Origin: a virus
Strand: one strand, 5' to 3'
DNA: 32,000 nt
Virus record (IMG/VR): IMGVR_UViG_3300031576_000027
Span: 46,962 to 78,961 of that record
Part shown: in pieces, positions 7,198-14,796 of the stretch
Position numbering within the stretch: the stretch's first letter is position 1
Layout of the letters: each line of letters opens with the position of its first letter
Made by a program: the position numbers and the translations under genes
Notes under the pieces: model-generated
What the model was told of the DNA's origin: nothing
The model's database searches: none
What the model saw: only the letters and a program-made list of their open reading frames with translations

Positions 7198-9518
7198 TGG
7201 CACAGACCGCACGCAAACGACAGCCCAAGGCAGCGCCACCACCGCCACCGGCATCGGTACCCACCGAGGTCATCGCGACGCAAGGCACGGAGGACCAGCC
7301 GCGCTGGACCGACTACATCCCGCTGTCGGGCCTGCGCCCGCACCCCAAGAACGAGGGCGTGCGCGATCACGACCTGGGCGTGATCCACGGGTCCATCGGG
7401 GAGCACGGCTACGGCAGTCCGATCGAGGTGGACGAACGGACGGGCCTGATGGTCGCCGGCCACGGCCGCCGCAAGGCGCTGCTGCAGATGCGCGACGCCA
7501 AACAGGACCCGCCGGACGGGGTGATCCGCGCGCCGGACGGCGACTGGATGGTGCCGGTTCAGCGCGGATGGCGCAGCCGGTCCGACGCCCAGGCCATGGC
7601 CTACCTCATTGTCAACAACCGCTCGCAGGAACTGGGCGGCTGGAAGGACGACGGGCTCGCGGAGGTGCTCCAGCAGTTGGCCCAGCAGGACGCCCTGATC
7701 GGAACGGGCTACAGCGCGGACGACGTCGCGGCGCTGCTGTCCCGCGTCGGCGGGCCGCCCAAGCTGGGCGCGCACGCCGGCAAGTTGCGCGAGAAGTTCC
7801 TGGTCCCCCCGTTCAGCGTCCTGGACGCCCGGCAGGGCTACTGGCGCGAGCGGCGGGAGGCCTGGATCAGCCTGGGCATCCAGTCCGAACTGGGCCGCGA
7901 CGCCAAGGCGTTCACGACGCAGGCGCAGATGGCCGACGGCAGCACCTTCTACGACTACACGGGCGTGTCCATCTTCGACCCGGTCCTGTGCGAACTGGTC
8001 TACCGGTGGTTCGCCCCGCCCGGCGCCGTCGTCCTGGATCCCTTCGCAGGCGGGTCGGTGCGCGGCGTCATCGCCGCGGCCTGCGGGCACCAGTACTGGG
8101 GCATCGACCTGCGGGCCGAGCAGGTCGCGGCCAACAAGGCCCAGTGGGGCAAAATCAAGCCCCTGGCCGCCGAGATCGCCCAGGCGCCGGTCGCCCAGGA
8201 TGCCACGGACAATGCCGTCCCGACTACGCCGATCGAGCGCCGCGGGCAAGTCTGGATCAAGCGCGACGACCTGTTCGCGATCGCCGGGGTCCGCGGCGGC
8301 AAGGTCCGCACGTGCTGGACGCTGGCCCAGGGCGCCAAGGGCCTGGTGACCGCCGGCAGTCGGCAGTCCCCCCAGGTCAACATCGTCGCCCACGTCGCCA
8401 AGCGCCTGGGCATCCCCTGCCGGGTCCATGTCCCAACCGGCAAGCCGACCCCGGAACTGCAGGCGGCGGCACAGGCCGGCGCCGACGTCGTGCCGCAGAC
8501 GCCAGGGCACAACAGCGTGATCATCAAGCGGGCCCGCGACGACGCCAAGGCGCGGGGCTGGCGCGAGATCCCGTTCGGGATGGAGTGCATCGAGGCCGTG
8601 GCGGCAACGTCCACCCAGGTGGCGGCGCTGCCAGACGGCTGCAAGCGGATCGTGGTGCCGGTCGGGTCCGGCATGACGCTGGCCGGGATCCTGACCGGCA
8701 TGCAGAAGGCCGGCGTCAGCCTGCCTGTGCTGGGGGTCGTCGTCGTGGCAGACCCGGCCGACCGCCTGGACAAGTGGGCCCCCAAGGGGTGGCGGCAGCG
8801 GGTCAAGTTGGTGCCGGCGGGCCAGGACTACCACGACCCGGCGCCGGTCACGGTCCTGGACGGGCTGCAGCTGGATCCCATCTACGAGTCCAAGTGCATC
8901 CCGCATCTCAAGCCGGACGATCTGCTGTGGTGCGTCGGCATCCGGCAGACGGCGGACGCGCGCGCAGCCGGGCAGGCACCGGTCCACGACCCCACCTGGA
9001 TCGTCGGGGCGTCCCCCGGCGCGGTTGGCGCCAAGGGGATCCCGGACGCCGACCTGGTCTTCACCTGCCCGCCCTACCACGACCTGGAACGGTACAGCGA
9101 CGACCCGGCGGACCTGTCCGCCATGTCCTGGGACGACTTCCGGGACTTCTACCGGGAGACGATCGTGGTGGCGGCCGCGCGCCTCAAGCCCAACCGCTTC
9201 ATGGCGATCGTCGTGGGCGAGATCCGCGACGGGCGCGGGCTGTACCGCAACCTGGTCGGCCTGACGATCGACGCGGCGATCGCGGCCGGGCTGGCCTACT
9301 ACAACGAGGCCATCCTGGTAACGCCGATCGGATCCCTGCCGCGGCGCATGGGACCGTTCAGCGCCTACCGGAAACTAGGGAAGACCCATCAGCAACTGCT
9401 GGTCTTCTACAAGGGCACCGACCCCAAGAAGCTGCAGCCGATCTTCGGGGACGTCGTGGTCCCGGAGGAGGCGTTGGTGCTGGCCGCGGTCGCCCAGGGG
9501 GACAAGGCAGATGGCTGA
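7197..9518 (+). CDS. ParB-like N-terminal domain + N6/N4 DNA methyltransferase, interrupted by an inserted PLP-dependent (ACC deaminase / D-cysteine desulfhydrase-like, fold type II) domain
   Basis: The ParB domain is LRPHPKNEG...GHGRRKA (about 7300-7560). MTase motif I is DPFAGGS (8037-8057). The PLP domain spans about 8218-8950: IERRGQVWIKRDDLF..RGGKVRT (Lys codon 8301-8303), VTAGSRQSPQ and VPVGSGMTLAG (8664-8678). MTase motif IV is TCPPY (9063-9077). The C-terminus is ...NEAILVT...RKLGKTHQQLLVFYKG. Confidence 0.8.
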   Translation: MAQTARKRQPKAAPPPPPASVPTEVIATQGTEDQPRWTDYIPLSGLRPHPKNEGVRDHDLGVIHGSIGEHGYGSPIEVDERTGLMVAGHGRRKALLQMRDAKQDPPDGVIRAPDGDWMVPVQRGWRSRSDAQAMAYLIVNNRSQELGGWKDDGLAEVLQQLAQQDALIGTGYSADDVAALLSRVGGPPKLGAHAGKLREKFLVPPFSVLDARQGYWRERREAWISLGIQSELGRDAKAFTTQAQMADGSTFYDYTGVSIFDPVLCELVYRWFAPPGAVVLDPFAGGSVRGVIAAACGHQYWGIDLRAEQVAANKAQWGKIKPLAAEIAQAPVAQDATDNAVPTTPIERRGQVWIKRDDLFAIAGVRGGKVRTCWTLAQGAKGLVTAGSRQSPQVNIVAHVAKRLGIPCRVHVPTGKPTPELQAAAQAGADVVPQTPGHNSVIIKRARDDAKARGWREIPFGMECIEAVAATSTQVAALPDGCKRIVVPVGSGMTLAGILTGMQKAGVSLPVLGVVVVADPADRLDKWAPKGWRQRVKLVPAGQDYHDPAPVTVLDGLQLDPIYESKCIPHLKPDDLLWCVGIRQTADARAAGQAPVHDPTWIVGASPGAVGAKGIPDADLVFTCPPYHDLERYSDDPADLSAMSWDDFRDFYRETIVVAAARLKPNRFMAIVVGEIRDGRGLYRNLVGLTIDAAIAAGLAYYNEAILVTPIGSLPRRMGPFSAYRKLGKTHQQLLVFYKGTDPKKLQPIFGDVVVPEEALVLAAVAQGDKADG

Positions 9519-9858
9519 CATCGTCGCGATCGTGGGCAGCCGGGACTTCCCGGACGCCGAGGCCAAGGTGACGGCCTACGTGCAGCACCTGCCGGACGGC
9601 ACCACCGTGGTGAGCGGCGGCGCATCCGGGCCTGACACCTACGCCGAGCGGGCCGCTAGGGCACGCGGCCTCCAGGTGATGATCTTCGCCGCGCAGTGGG
9701 ACAAGCACGGCCGGTCCGCCGGCTACATCCGCAACAAGCTGATCGTCGGTGCGGCGGATCGCGTCGTCGCCTTCTACAACGGGACCAGCAAGGGGACTGC
9801 GCTGACCATCGACCTGGCGCGCAAGGCCCGCAAGCCGGTGGAGGTCATCAGTCCATGA
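9511..9858 (+). CDS. DUF2493 / SLOG-superfamily (YspA/DprA-LOG-like) protein
   Basis: IVAIVGSRDFPD...VVSGGASGPDTYAERAARARGLQVMIFAAQWDKHGRSAGYIRNKLIVGAADRVVAFYNGTSKGT matches the DUF2493 pattern. The start overlaps the methyltransferase 3' end by 8 nt. Confidence 0.7.
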   Translation: MADIVAIVGSRDFPDAEAKVTAYVQHLPDGTTVVSGGASGPDTYAERAARARGLQVMIFAAQWDKHGRSAGYIRNKLIVGAADRVVAFYNGTSKGTALTIDLARKARKPVEVISP

Positions 9859-10166
9859 GCACGCATCCTGCCACGATGGCTAGCTCCACGAACACGACCA
9901 GCACGAGCGGCCTCACCGTATCCGGCGATCGCGCCATCGCCCAGCAGGTCATCCGGTCCTTCGGAGGCGATGTGGTCCCGTCGCTGCGGATCGAACTGGC
10001 CCAGGTAGGGCACGGCTGCAAGGTCTTCGTGGACGACCTGGACATCAGCGCGCTGGTCAGCGAGATCAGCGTGCGGGCGACGGCGGATCAGATCACGGTG
10101 GTGCAGCTGACGCTGCTGCCGCGCCAGGTCACCATCACCAACGGCGGCAAGGAGCCCACGCCATGA
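9855..10166 (+). CDS. Hypothetical protein (Ser/Thr-rich N-terminus)
   Basis: ATGA overlaps at both ends; high GC3. Confidence 0.5.
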   Translation: MSTHPATMASSTNTTSTSGLTVSGDRAIAQQVIRSFGGDVVPSLRIELAQVGHGCKVFVDDLDISALVSEISVRATADQITVVQLTLLPRQVTITNGGKEPTP

Positions 10167-10405
10167 CCGACACGCCTGCCGTCATCCAAGGCAAGCTCAC
10201 ACTGACGATCACCGTGGTGGCCCTGCTCTGTGTGGCCCAAGCTGCCTGCACCGTCATGCTGTCCATGCGGTGCGCGGACCTGCGCCGGGACCTGGCGGCA
10301 ACCAGAGCCGAAATGCGCCAGCAACAGCACGCGGCGGCCGAGGTGGACCGCAAGCTCCAGGAGGACGTCAGCGCCCTCCGGTACCTGCAGCGCGGGAGGC
10401 TCTGA
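10163..10405 (+). CDS. Small membrane protein with a coiled-coil tail
   Basis: The TM-like segment is LTLTITVVALLCVAQAACTVML. ATGA overlap at the start. The stop TGA 10403-10405 shares a base with the next ATG. Confidence 0.5.
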   Translation: MTDTPAVIQGKLTLTITVVALLCVAQAACTVMLSMRCADLRRDLAATRAEMRQQQHAAAEVDRKLQEDVSALRYLQRGRL

Positions 10406-10779
10406 TGTACCAGCCAGCGAACCGGAAGGTGCTCAACCTGCACGTGTCGGCCGACGAGCACGACCACGTCAAGCGGATGGCCCAGCGGCGCGCCGTGACC
10501 ATGACCGGCGTGATCCGTCGGATGATCCAGCGGGACATGCTGCGGGCGGCAAAGGACGAAGGCACCGGCACCGCGCACCGTGCCGTCCAAGCGCTGGCCG
10601 GCAAGCAGCCCGTTGCCCGCGAGTGGCACCCGGGGTTTCCGCTAGTCGTCACCCCCCACCCGGCCGTGATCGACCAGATTGACCGCCTGTTGGACACCGG
10701 GTTGTGGGGCAGGACGCGCGACGACGTCGCAGAAAACTTGATCACGTGGGCGCTGAGGCAGCATACTGGTAACCAGTAG
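10405..10779 (+). CDS. Ribbon-helix-helix (CopG-like) DNA-binding protein
   Basis: KVLNLHVSADEHDHVKRMAQRRAVTMTGVIRRMIQRDM is a typical RHH beta-strand/helix/helix. The stop codon lies inside the inverted repeat ggtaaccagtagttacc (10768-10784). Confidence 0.6.
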   Translation: MYQPANRKVLNLHVSADEHDHVKRMAQRRAVTMTGVIRRMIQRDMLRAAKDEGTGTAHRAVQALAGKQPVAREWHPGFPLVVTPHPAVIDQIDRLLDTGLWGRTRDDVAENLITWALRQHTGNQ

Positions 10780-10800
10780 TTACCGACAGGAGACGACGAC

Positions 10801-11004
10801 GTGATGCACCGACGTGTTCACTGGTGGCGCTTCATGCGCAGCGAGGCTGTCCTGCTGCGCTACCACTCGGGCTACGGATCCACCGACAGCCTGGACGCGC
10901 CAGGCCCGGTGCGGCTGTGGTGCGGACGCGACCACTGCTCCGATGCGTCCTGCAACTGCCAGATCATCTACGGGGCCTCGGTGGGCTTCGTGTGGAGGAA
11001 CTGA
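10801..11004 (+). CDS. Hypothetical small protein
   Basis: The RBS acaggagacgacgac precedes GTG 10801 / ATG 10804. The stop shares a base with the next ATG (11004). Confidence 0.4.
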   Translation: MMHRRVHWWRFMRSEAVLLRYHSGYGSTDSLDAPGPVRLWCGRDHCSDASCNCQIIYGASVGFVWRN

Positions 11005-11237
11005 TGCGTAAGTACGACCCGACAAGGGACGAGCCGGAAACGATCGCGGACGTGATCTGTATGCGCGAGACCGACAAGGCGCTGCTGTGCACGATCGACG
11101 GCGCCGAGGTCTGGATCCCGAAGTCCCAACTGCTGGCCGGGAACGAGGTGGATGCGCGCGGATGCCAAGGCGACCTGGTGATCCCGCGGTGGCTGGCGAT
11201 CGAAAAGCAGCTGGTGGACGAGGACGACGAGGCATGA
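11004..11237 (+). CDS. Hypothetical small acidic protein
   Basis: A ggagga RBS lies upstream. The sequence contains CMRETDKALLCTIDGAEVWIPKSQL. There is an ATGA overlap with the next gene. Confidence 0.5.
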   Translation: MRKYDPTRDEPETIADVICMRETDKALLCTIDGAEVWIPKSQLLAGNEVDARGCQGDLVIPRWLAIEKQLVDEDDEA

Positions 11238-11485
11238 AGGATTTCGAGGGGACCCTTCTGGCCGAGGTGGAGCTATGGAGGAACATGGTGACCGGCTCCA
11301 GTGCGCCCGCGCACGGCGACGTCAAGCGCCTGGTGCCAGACGACCCGCATCCAGGCACCTGCGACTGGGGCTTCTGTGATGGCACCGCTACGTGCTGGCG
11401 CTGGGACGGCGAGTGGCTGGCCTGCTGCGACGTCTGTAGCGCCAAGGGCCCAAGCGACCACGGGGCGGCCGATGACGACGGGTGA
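11234..11485 (+). CDS. Hypothetical Cys-rich protein
   Basis: ATGA overlap at the start. The Cys-rich stretch is CDWGFCDGTATCWRWDGEWLACCDVC. Confidence 0.45.
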   Translation: MKDFEGTLLAEVELWRNMVTGSSAPAHGDVKRLVPDDPHPGTCDWGFCDGTATCWRWDGEWLACCDVCSAKGPSDHGAADDDG

Positions 11486-11705
11486 TGACGTGGTGCTGAT
11501 GTCCAAAGCCGAGTTCGATGCTCTGCCCGAGTACAGTTGCAGCCTGCCGACGGGCACGACCATCGGCAAGACATGGCGCTGCAACCTGGTGGCCTACAGC
11601 ATGGACGGCTACCAGTCGCCCGTCTGGAAGATGGGCGAGTACGTGCCGCACGCGGACACGGACAAAGTCGGGATCCGCTGGCGGACGATCGTGGTGTTCG
11701 CATGA
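11472..11705 (+). CDS. Hypothetical protein
   Basis: ATG 11472 overlaps the upstream 3' end. The stop overlaps the next ATG (ATGA 11702-11705). Confidence 0.45.
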   Translation: MTTGDDVVLMSKAEFDALPEYSCSLPTGTTIGKTWRCNLVAYSMDGYQSPVWKMGEYVPHADTDKVGIRWRTIVVFA

Positions 11706-11929
11706 ACGCCAAGCAACGACGCAAGTGGCGCCGGGCCCCGTACGGCCGCAACGCCACAGCCAAGATGGCCGCGGCGGCGATCGCACACCTGCCGTGCGAA
11801 ATCCGGGACTGCGGCCGCGTGGCGGTCGTCGTGACCCAGCCTGGTGGTCCGGTGGGACCACGCTGCCGGCAGCACTGGCTTGGCAACTGGCCGACCAGGC
11901 GGCCGCGCGGATCATGGAGCACGCGGTAG
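11702..11929 (+). CDS. Hypothetical basic protein; the 3' end is uncertain (possible frame switch near 11870-11890)
   Basis: ATGA overlap at the start. Downstream of about 11885 another frame has the better codon bias (see findings). Confidence 0.35.
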   Translation: MNAKQRRKWRRAPYGRNATAKMAAAAIAHLPCEIRDCGRVAVVVTQPGGPVGPRCRQHWLGNWPTRRPRGSWSTR

Positions 11930-11984
11930 CCATGCGGGGCCGCTGGCATGAGCGACGACGCAAGACGATGACAGGAGGACGACG

Positions 11985-12215
11985 ATGTCCAAACGACGCA
12001 AAACCAAGACCCAGGGACGCAAACCGACACTGACGCTGCTGCAGCGTGAACTGCAGAAATTCGTCCTGCGCAAGATGCAGGAGGCGCAGGTCTACCTGCG
12101 GGCGAATGCCAACCCGCACGCCATGCTGGTCAACGACGCGCTATCGGCCAGCATCAGCGCCTTGCGCGTCTGGCGCGAGGCGCAGCGTGATACCGATCGC
12201 TGGAGGGAATCGTGA
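11985..12215 (+). CDS. Hypothetical basic helical protein
   Basis: Strong RBS acaggaggacgacgATG. The stop overlaps the next GTG (GTGA 12212-12215). Confidence 0.55.
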   Translation: MSKRRKTKTQGRKPTLTLLQRELQKFVLRKMQEAQVYLRANANPHAMLVNDALSASISALRVWREAQRDTDRWRES

Positions 12216-12394
12216 TCCCCGCCGCTGCACAGAAACCGCACGACTGGCCCCGGCGCTGGCCGGGCGGCGAACAGATGCGCTTGCGCATGCGCGGACGGGA
12301 CCGCCGGCAACCCGGATCGACCAGCAAGATCGCCGCGACCTTCCAGTGGCTGGAGCGCCGCACGGGCAAGGACCGGCGCGGGTGGAGGGGGTAA
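12212..12394 (+). CDS. Hypothetical small Arg-rich protein
   Basis: Supported only by the GTGA overlap at the start; the composition is weakly protein-like. Confidence 0.3.
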   Translation: MIPAAAQKPHDWPRRWPGGEQMRLRMRGRDRRQPGSTSKIAATFQWLERRTGKDRRGWRG

Positions 12395-12395
12395 A

Positions 12396-12758
12396 GTGAG
12401 TCCCGACTACGCCCAGGCCCGCTGTGCAGCCATCACCACGGCAGGCCGGCGCTGTACCGGTGGCTGGAGCACGTCCCTGCCGATCATGTTCCAGGCCATG
12501 CAGCCGCATGGGCACGCCAACGGGTACGTGATCGACGGGCCCAACCTGGTGCTGTGCCACCGGCACAGGCACTGGGTGGACGGGCTGCACCTGCTGCGGC
12601 GCTACCGTGTGGTGCACGGCTGGCTTGGTGCCGCAAACCAGCACGGCTACGGACACACCGTCTATCAGAGCCGCGCGGGCGGCAAGGCCGCCAGCTGGTG
12701 GTGGCAGCGCAGCCAGAAGCGCAAGTGGGGCGAACCCAGCAGGAGAGACGCGGCGTGA
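12396..12758 (+). CDS. Hypothetical His/Cys-containing protein
   Basis: GTG 12396 follows ggtggaggggg. The stop overlaps the next GTG (12755). Confidence 0.45.
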   Translation: MSPDYAQARCAAITTAGRRCTGGWSTSLPIMFQAMQPHGHANGYVIDGPNLVLCHRHRHWVDGLHLLRRYRVVHGWLGAANQHGYGHTVYQSRAGGKAASWWWQRSQKRKWGEPSRRDAA

Positions 12759-12994
12759 CCAAGCATGATGACCGACAGGCGCTGCTGGCCGAGAACAGTA
12801 TGCTGCGGGGCCTGCTGGAGGAGGCGCTGTCAGCGTCGATCCACAACCCGGCGTGCGCCTATCTGCACCATGACGTGGACCCGCAGGACGTCGGCAAGTG
12901 CAGCTGTTGGCGCGGCAAGGCGGCCAAGTTGTTCGGCAAGCCGACCCCGCCGGCCACCGGGGTGCGGCCGCCGATGATCAAGGCTGGCAAGTGA
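12755..12994 (+). CDS. Hypothetical protein
   Basis: RBS aggagagacgcggcGTG, with GTGA overlaps at both ends. Confidence 0.5.
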   Translation: MTKHDDRQALLAENSMLRGLLEEALSASIHNPACAYLHHDVDPQDVGKCSCWRGKAAKLFGKPTPPATGVRPPMIKAGK

Positions 12995-13416
12995 CACGGG
13001 ACCAGGCCATGGCCATGACAGCGCGTGCCGTGGGGGGGGCGTTCATGCCGGACCAGGCCGCCGACATCATGGACGCGATCGCGCAGCAGTCAGGGACGCC
13101 AACGGCTGTACCAAGCCTTGGTGGTCAGATCAGCTGGCTGGCGCTGGGCAACTATCGACAGCGGTACAACGTCAATCGGCCGCCACACGGAACAATCTGG
13201 TTGCTGTTCGACAGCCCTGGCGGCGTGGCCTACATCCACACCCAGGACACCGACGGCGATAGCCGGTGGCCACTTCCGCGACACCAGGCCATGGCGATCC
13301 ACCTACCCTACGGGTGCACGTCCATCGAATGCACGGGTCAGGGAGTGGGGCACGGCGATTACCTGGTGATCTGGCACGGCAAGCCGGCGAGGAGGGCCGA
13401 CGATGGCGAGGCGTGA
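12991..13416 (+). CDS. Hypothetical protein
   Basis: GTGA overlap at the start; high GC3. The next ATG (13403) has the RBS gaggagg inside this gene's 3' end. Confidence 0.5.
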   Translation: MTRDQAMAMTARAVGGAFMPDQAADIMDAIAQQSGTPTAVPSLGGQISWLALGNYRQRYNVNRPPHGTIWLLFDSPGGVAYIHTQDTDGDSRWPLPRHQAMAIHLPYGCTSIECTGQGVGHGDYLVIWHGKPARRADDGEA

Positions 13417-13633
13417 CCACCTGCGACTGGTCCAGGACAGCGACGCGGCGATCGCGGCCGGACTGCGCGCGCTGGGCCGCGCCATCGAGATGGAGACGCA
13501 CTACCAGACGGACGCGCGGGCGGCATGGCTGCGCAAGCCACGGCCCTGGTGGCTGCAGATGATCGAGCGCGCCTGCTGGTGGCGCCGGCACCCGCGGGCC
13601 AACTTCTACTGCTGGGATGATCAACCGTGGTGA
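13403..13633 (+). CDS. Hypothetical Trp-rich protein
   Basis: RBS gaggagggccgacgATG. The stop overlaps the next GTG start region. Confidence 0.5.
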   Translation: MARRDHLRLVQDSDAAIAAGLRALGRAIEMETHYQTDARAAWLRKPRPWWLQMIERACWWRRHPRANFYCWDDQPW

Positions 13634-13959
13634 CCCAGCAACTGCCCATGCGAACGCGGGTAGACAGCGTCCTGGCCGTCCTGGCCATGGGCGGCCGCCA
13701 GGTGCCGACCGTGTACGTGCATCGGGTCCTGTGCCCGGTCTGCAGGGTGCGGAGAAAAGGCGTGACGGAAGCGCGGCCCCTCATGATGGTCACGATGGCC
13801 GCCGTGCGCGTGACCAAGGTGCGGCGCGGCCGGCATGTGCGTGTCCACTACTACGGCCCCGTGCCCAAGCATCTGCGGAAGGGTGGCAAGGGCCCGTGTC
13901 CGACGTCGGGCCTTGCGCACCGCTGGCACGCCGACTACCCGTGGGGACGGACGTGGTGA
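13627..13959 (+). CDS. Zinc-ribbon paralog family member 1
   Basis: The three family elements are SVLAVLAMGGRQVP, LCPVC and VRVHYYGPVPKH (see findings). Confidence 0.5.
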   Translation: MVTQQLPMRTRVDSVLAVLAMGGRQVPTVYVHRVLCPVCRVRRKGVTEARPLMMVTMAAVRVTKVRRGRHVRVHYYGPVPKHLRKGGKGPCPTSGLAHRWHADYPWGRTW

Positions 13960-14204
13960 GGCCGATCTTCACGGCATGGCTCTGCGGCCGGCACACGGCC
14001 TACAAGCTGCGCCTGGGCGACAGGCGCCGCACTTGGTCCGTGCTGTCGGCGCTGCAACCCAAGGATTGGGGAGCCTACGCGCCGGATCAGGACCAGGTCG
14101 CCTGGGCGGCCATGTCCGCGTTGGGCGCCACCGATCTGCCGGCGCACACCGGCACGGCAGACTGCCCCTGCGGCTACGCCTGCAGGGAGGACGGGACCGC
14201 ATGA
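13953..14204 (+). CDS. Hypothetical protein (possible divergent relative of the paralog family)
   Basis: GTG 13953/13956 overlaps the upstream stop. The C-terminus is AAMSALGATDLPAHTGTADCPCGYAC. Confidence 0.4.
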   Translation: MVRPIFTAWLCGRHTAYKLRLGDRRRTWSVLSALQPKDWGAYAPDQDQVAWAAMSALGATDLPAHTGTADCPCGYACREDGTA

Positions 14205-14491
14205 ACCGCGAGGCCCTGGCCGTGTTCCTGTCGATGACCGGCATGCCCATGACGCTGGGACACCGGATGTTCACGTGCAAGCACTGTGGGAGCAGCCAGT
14301 TTGCTTTCCCGCAGGCCATGGACATGGACGGCACCGACGTCATCTACGTGGCCCGGATCGGGCCGCACACGAAGATCCAGCATGACCGGACGTCTACGAA
14401 TTATCCAGACATCACGTCGTGGAACCACTGCGGCGGCTGCGAGATCGACGTGCGCTGGCCAATCACTGACAAGTGGCCGGGCGAGACATGA
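14201..14491 (+). CDS. Zinc-ribbon paralog family member 2
   Basis: ATGA overlap at the start. The family elements are EALAVFLSMTGMPM, TCKHC, VIYVARIGPH and HCGGC. Confidence 0.55.
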   Translation: MNREALAVFLSMTGMPMTLGHRMFTCKHCGSSQFAFPQAMDMDGTDVIYVARIGPHTKIQHDRTSTNYPDITSWNHCGGCEIDVRWPITDKWPGET

Positions 14492-14796
14492 CCGACGACG
14501 TGGCCGCCGCGCTGGTTCATCTTGCGATGCTGGGCGTGGACATCCCCCGCACGACGATGACGCCCTGGAAGAAGTGCCAGGTCTGCAACGAGGGCTTCCC
14601 GGGGCCGCCGTGGGTCCGGTCGCGCATGGAAATCGTGGGGGTCTATCTGCGGGTCCGGTACGTCAGCATCGTGCCGCAACACCCACGCGCGCCCGGGCCC
14701 GTCTGCCCAGGCGGGCTGGCGATGACATGGTCGATCGTGGACTACAACTGGCAGCAGGGAGGACAGGTCACGTGGGAAGACAACGCCAAGCCGTAG
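14488..14796 (+). CDS. Zinc-ribbon paralog family member 3
   Basis: ATGA overlap at the start. The family elements are AAALVHLAMLGVDIP, KCQVC and LRVRYVSIVPQH. Confidence 0.55.
   Translation: MTDDVAAALVHLAMLGVDIPRTTMTPWKKCQVCNEGFPGPPWVRSRMEIVGVYLRVRYVSIVPQHPRAPGPVCPGGLAMTWSIVDYNWQQGGQVTWEDNAKP

Noticed and set aside
4923-9080. 1385-aa ORF on the minus strand, the longest ORF in the window
   Set aside because: It runs antisense to eight + strand genes with recognisable domains (DUF1643, RusA, ParB-MTase-PLP). Its translation is Arg/Gly/Ala/Pro-rich with no motifs. Long stop-free antisense frames are expected in high-GC DNA.
7197-9518. Possibility that the ParB / MTase / PLP segments are separate genes merged by a sequencing error
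   Set aside because: The MTase halves flank the PLP segment: motif I comes before it and motif IV plus the C-terminal MTase block come after it. All are in one frame with uniform codon bias, and there are no internal RBS-plus-start signatures. A simple missed stop cannot produce this nested arrangement. Read-level verification is still advisable.
10768-10784. Inverted repeat ggtaaccagtagttacc spanning the stop codon of the RHH gene, considered as a terminator or operator
   Set aside because: It has only 6-bp arms, sits at a gene junction, has no flanking T-tract and occurs only once in the window. That is too weak to call, so it is mentioned only in the feature evidence.
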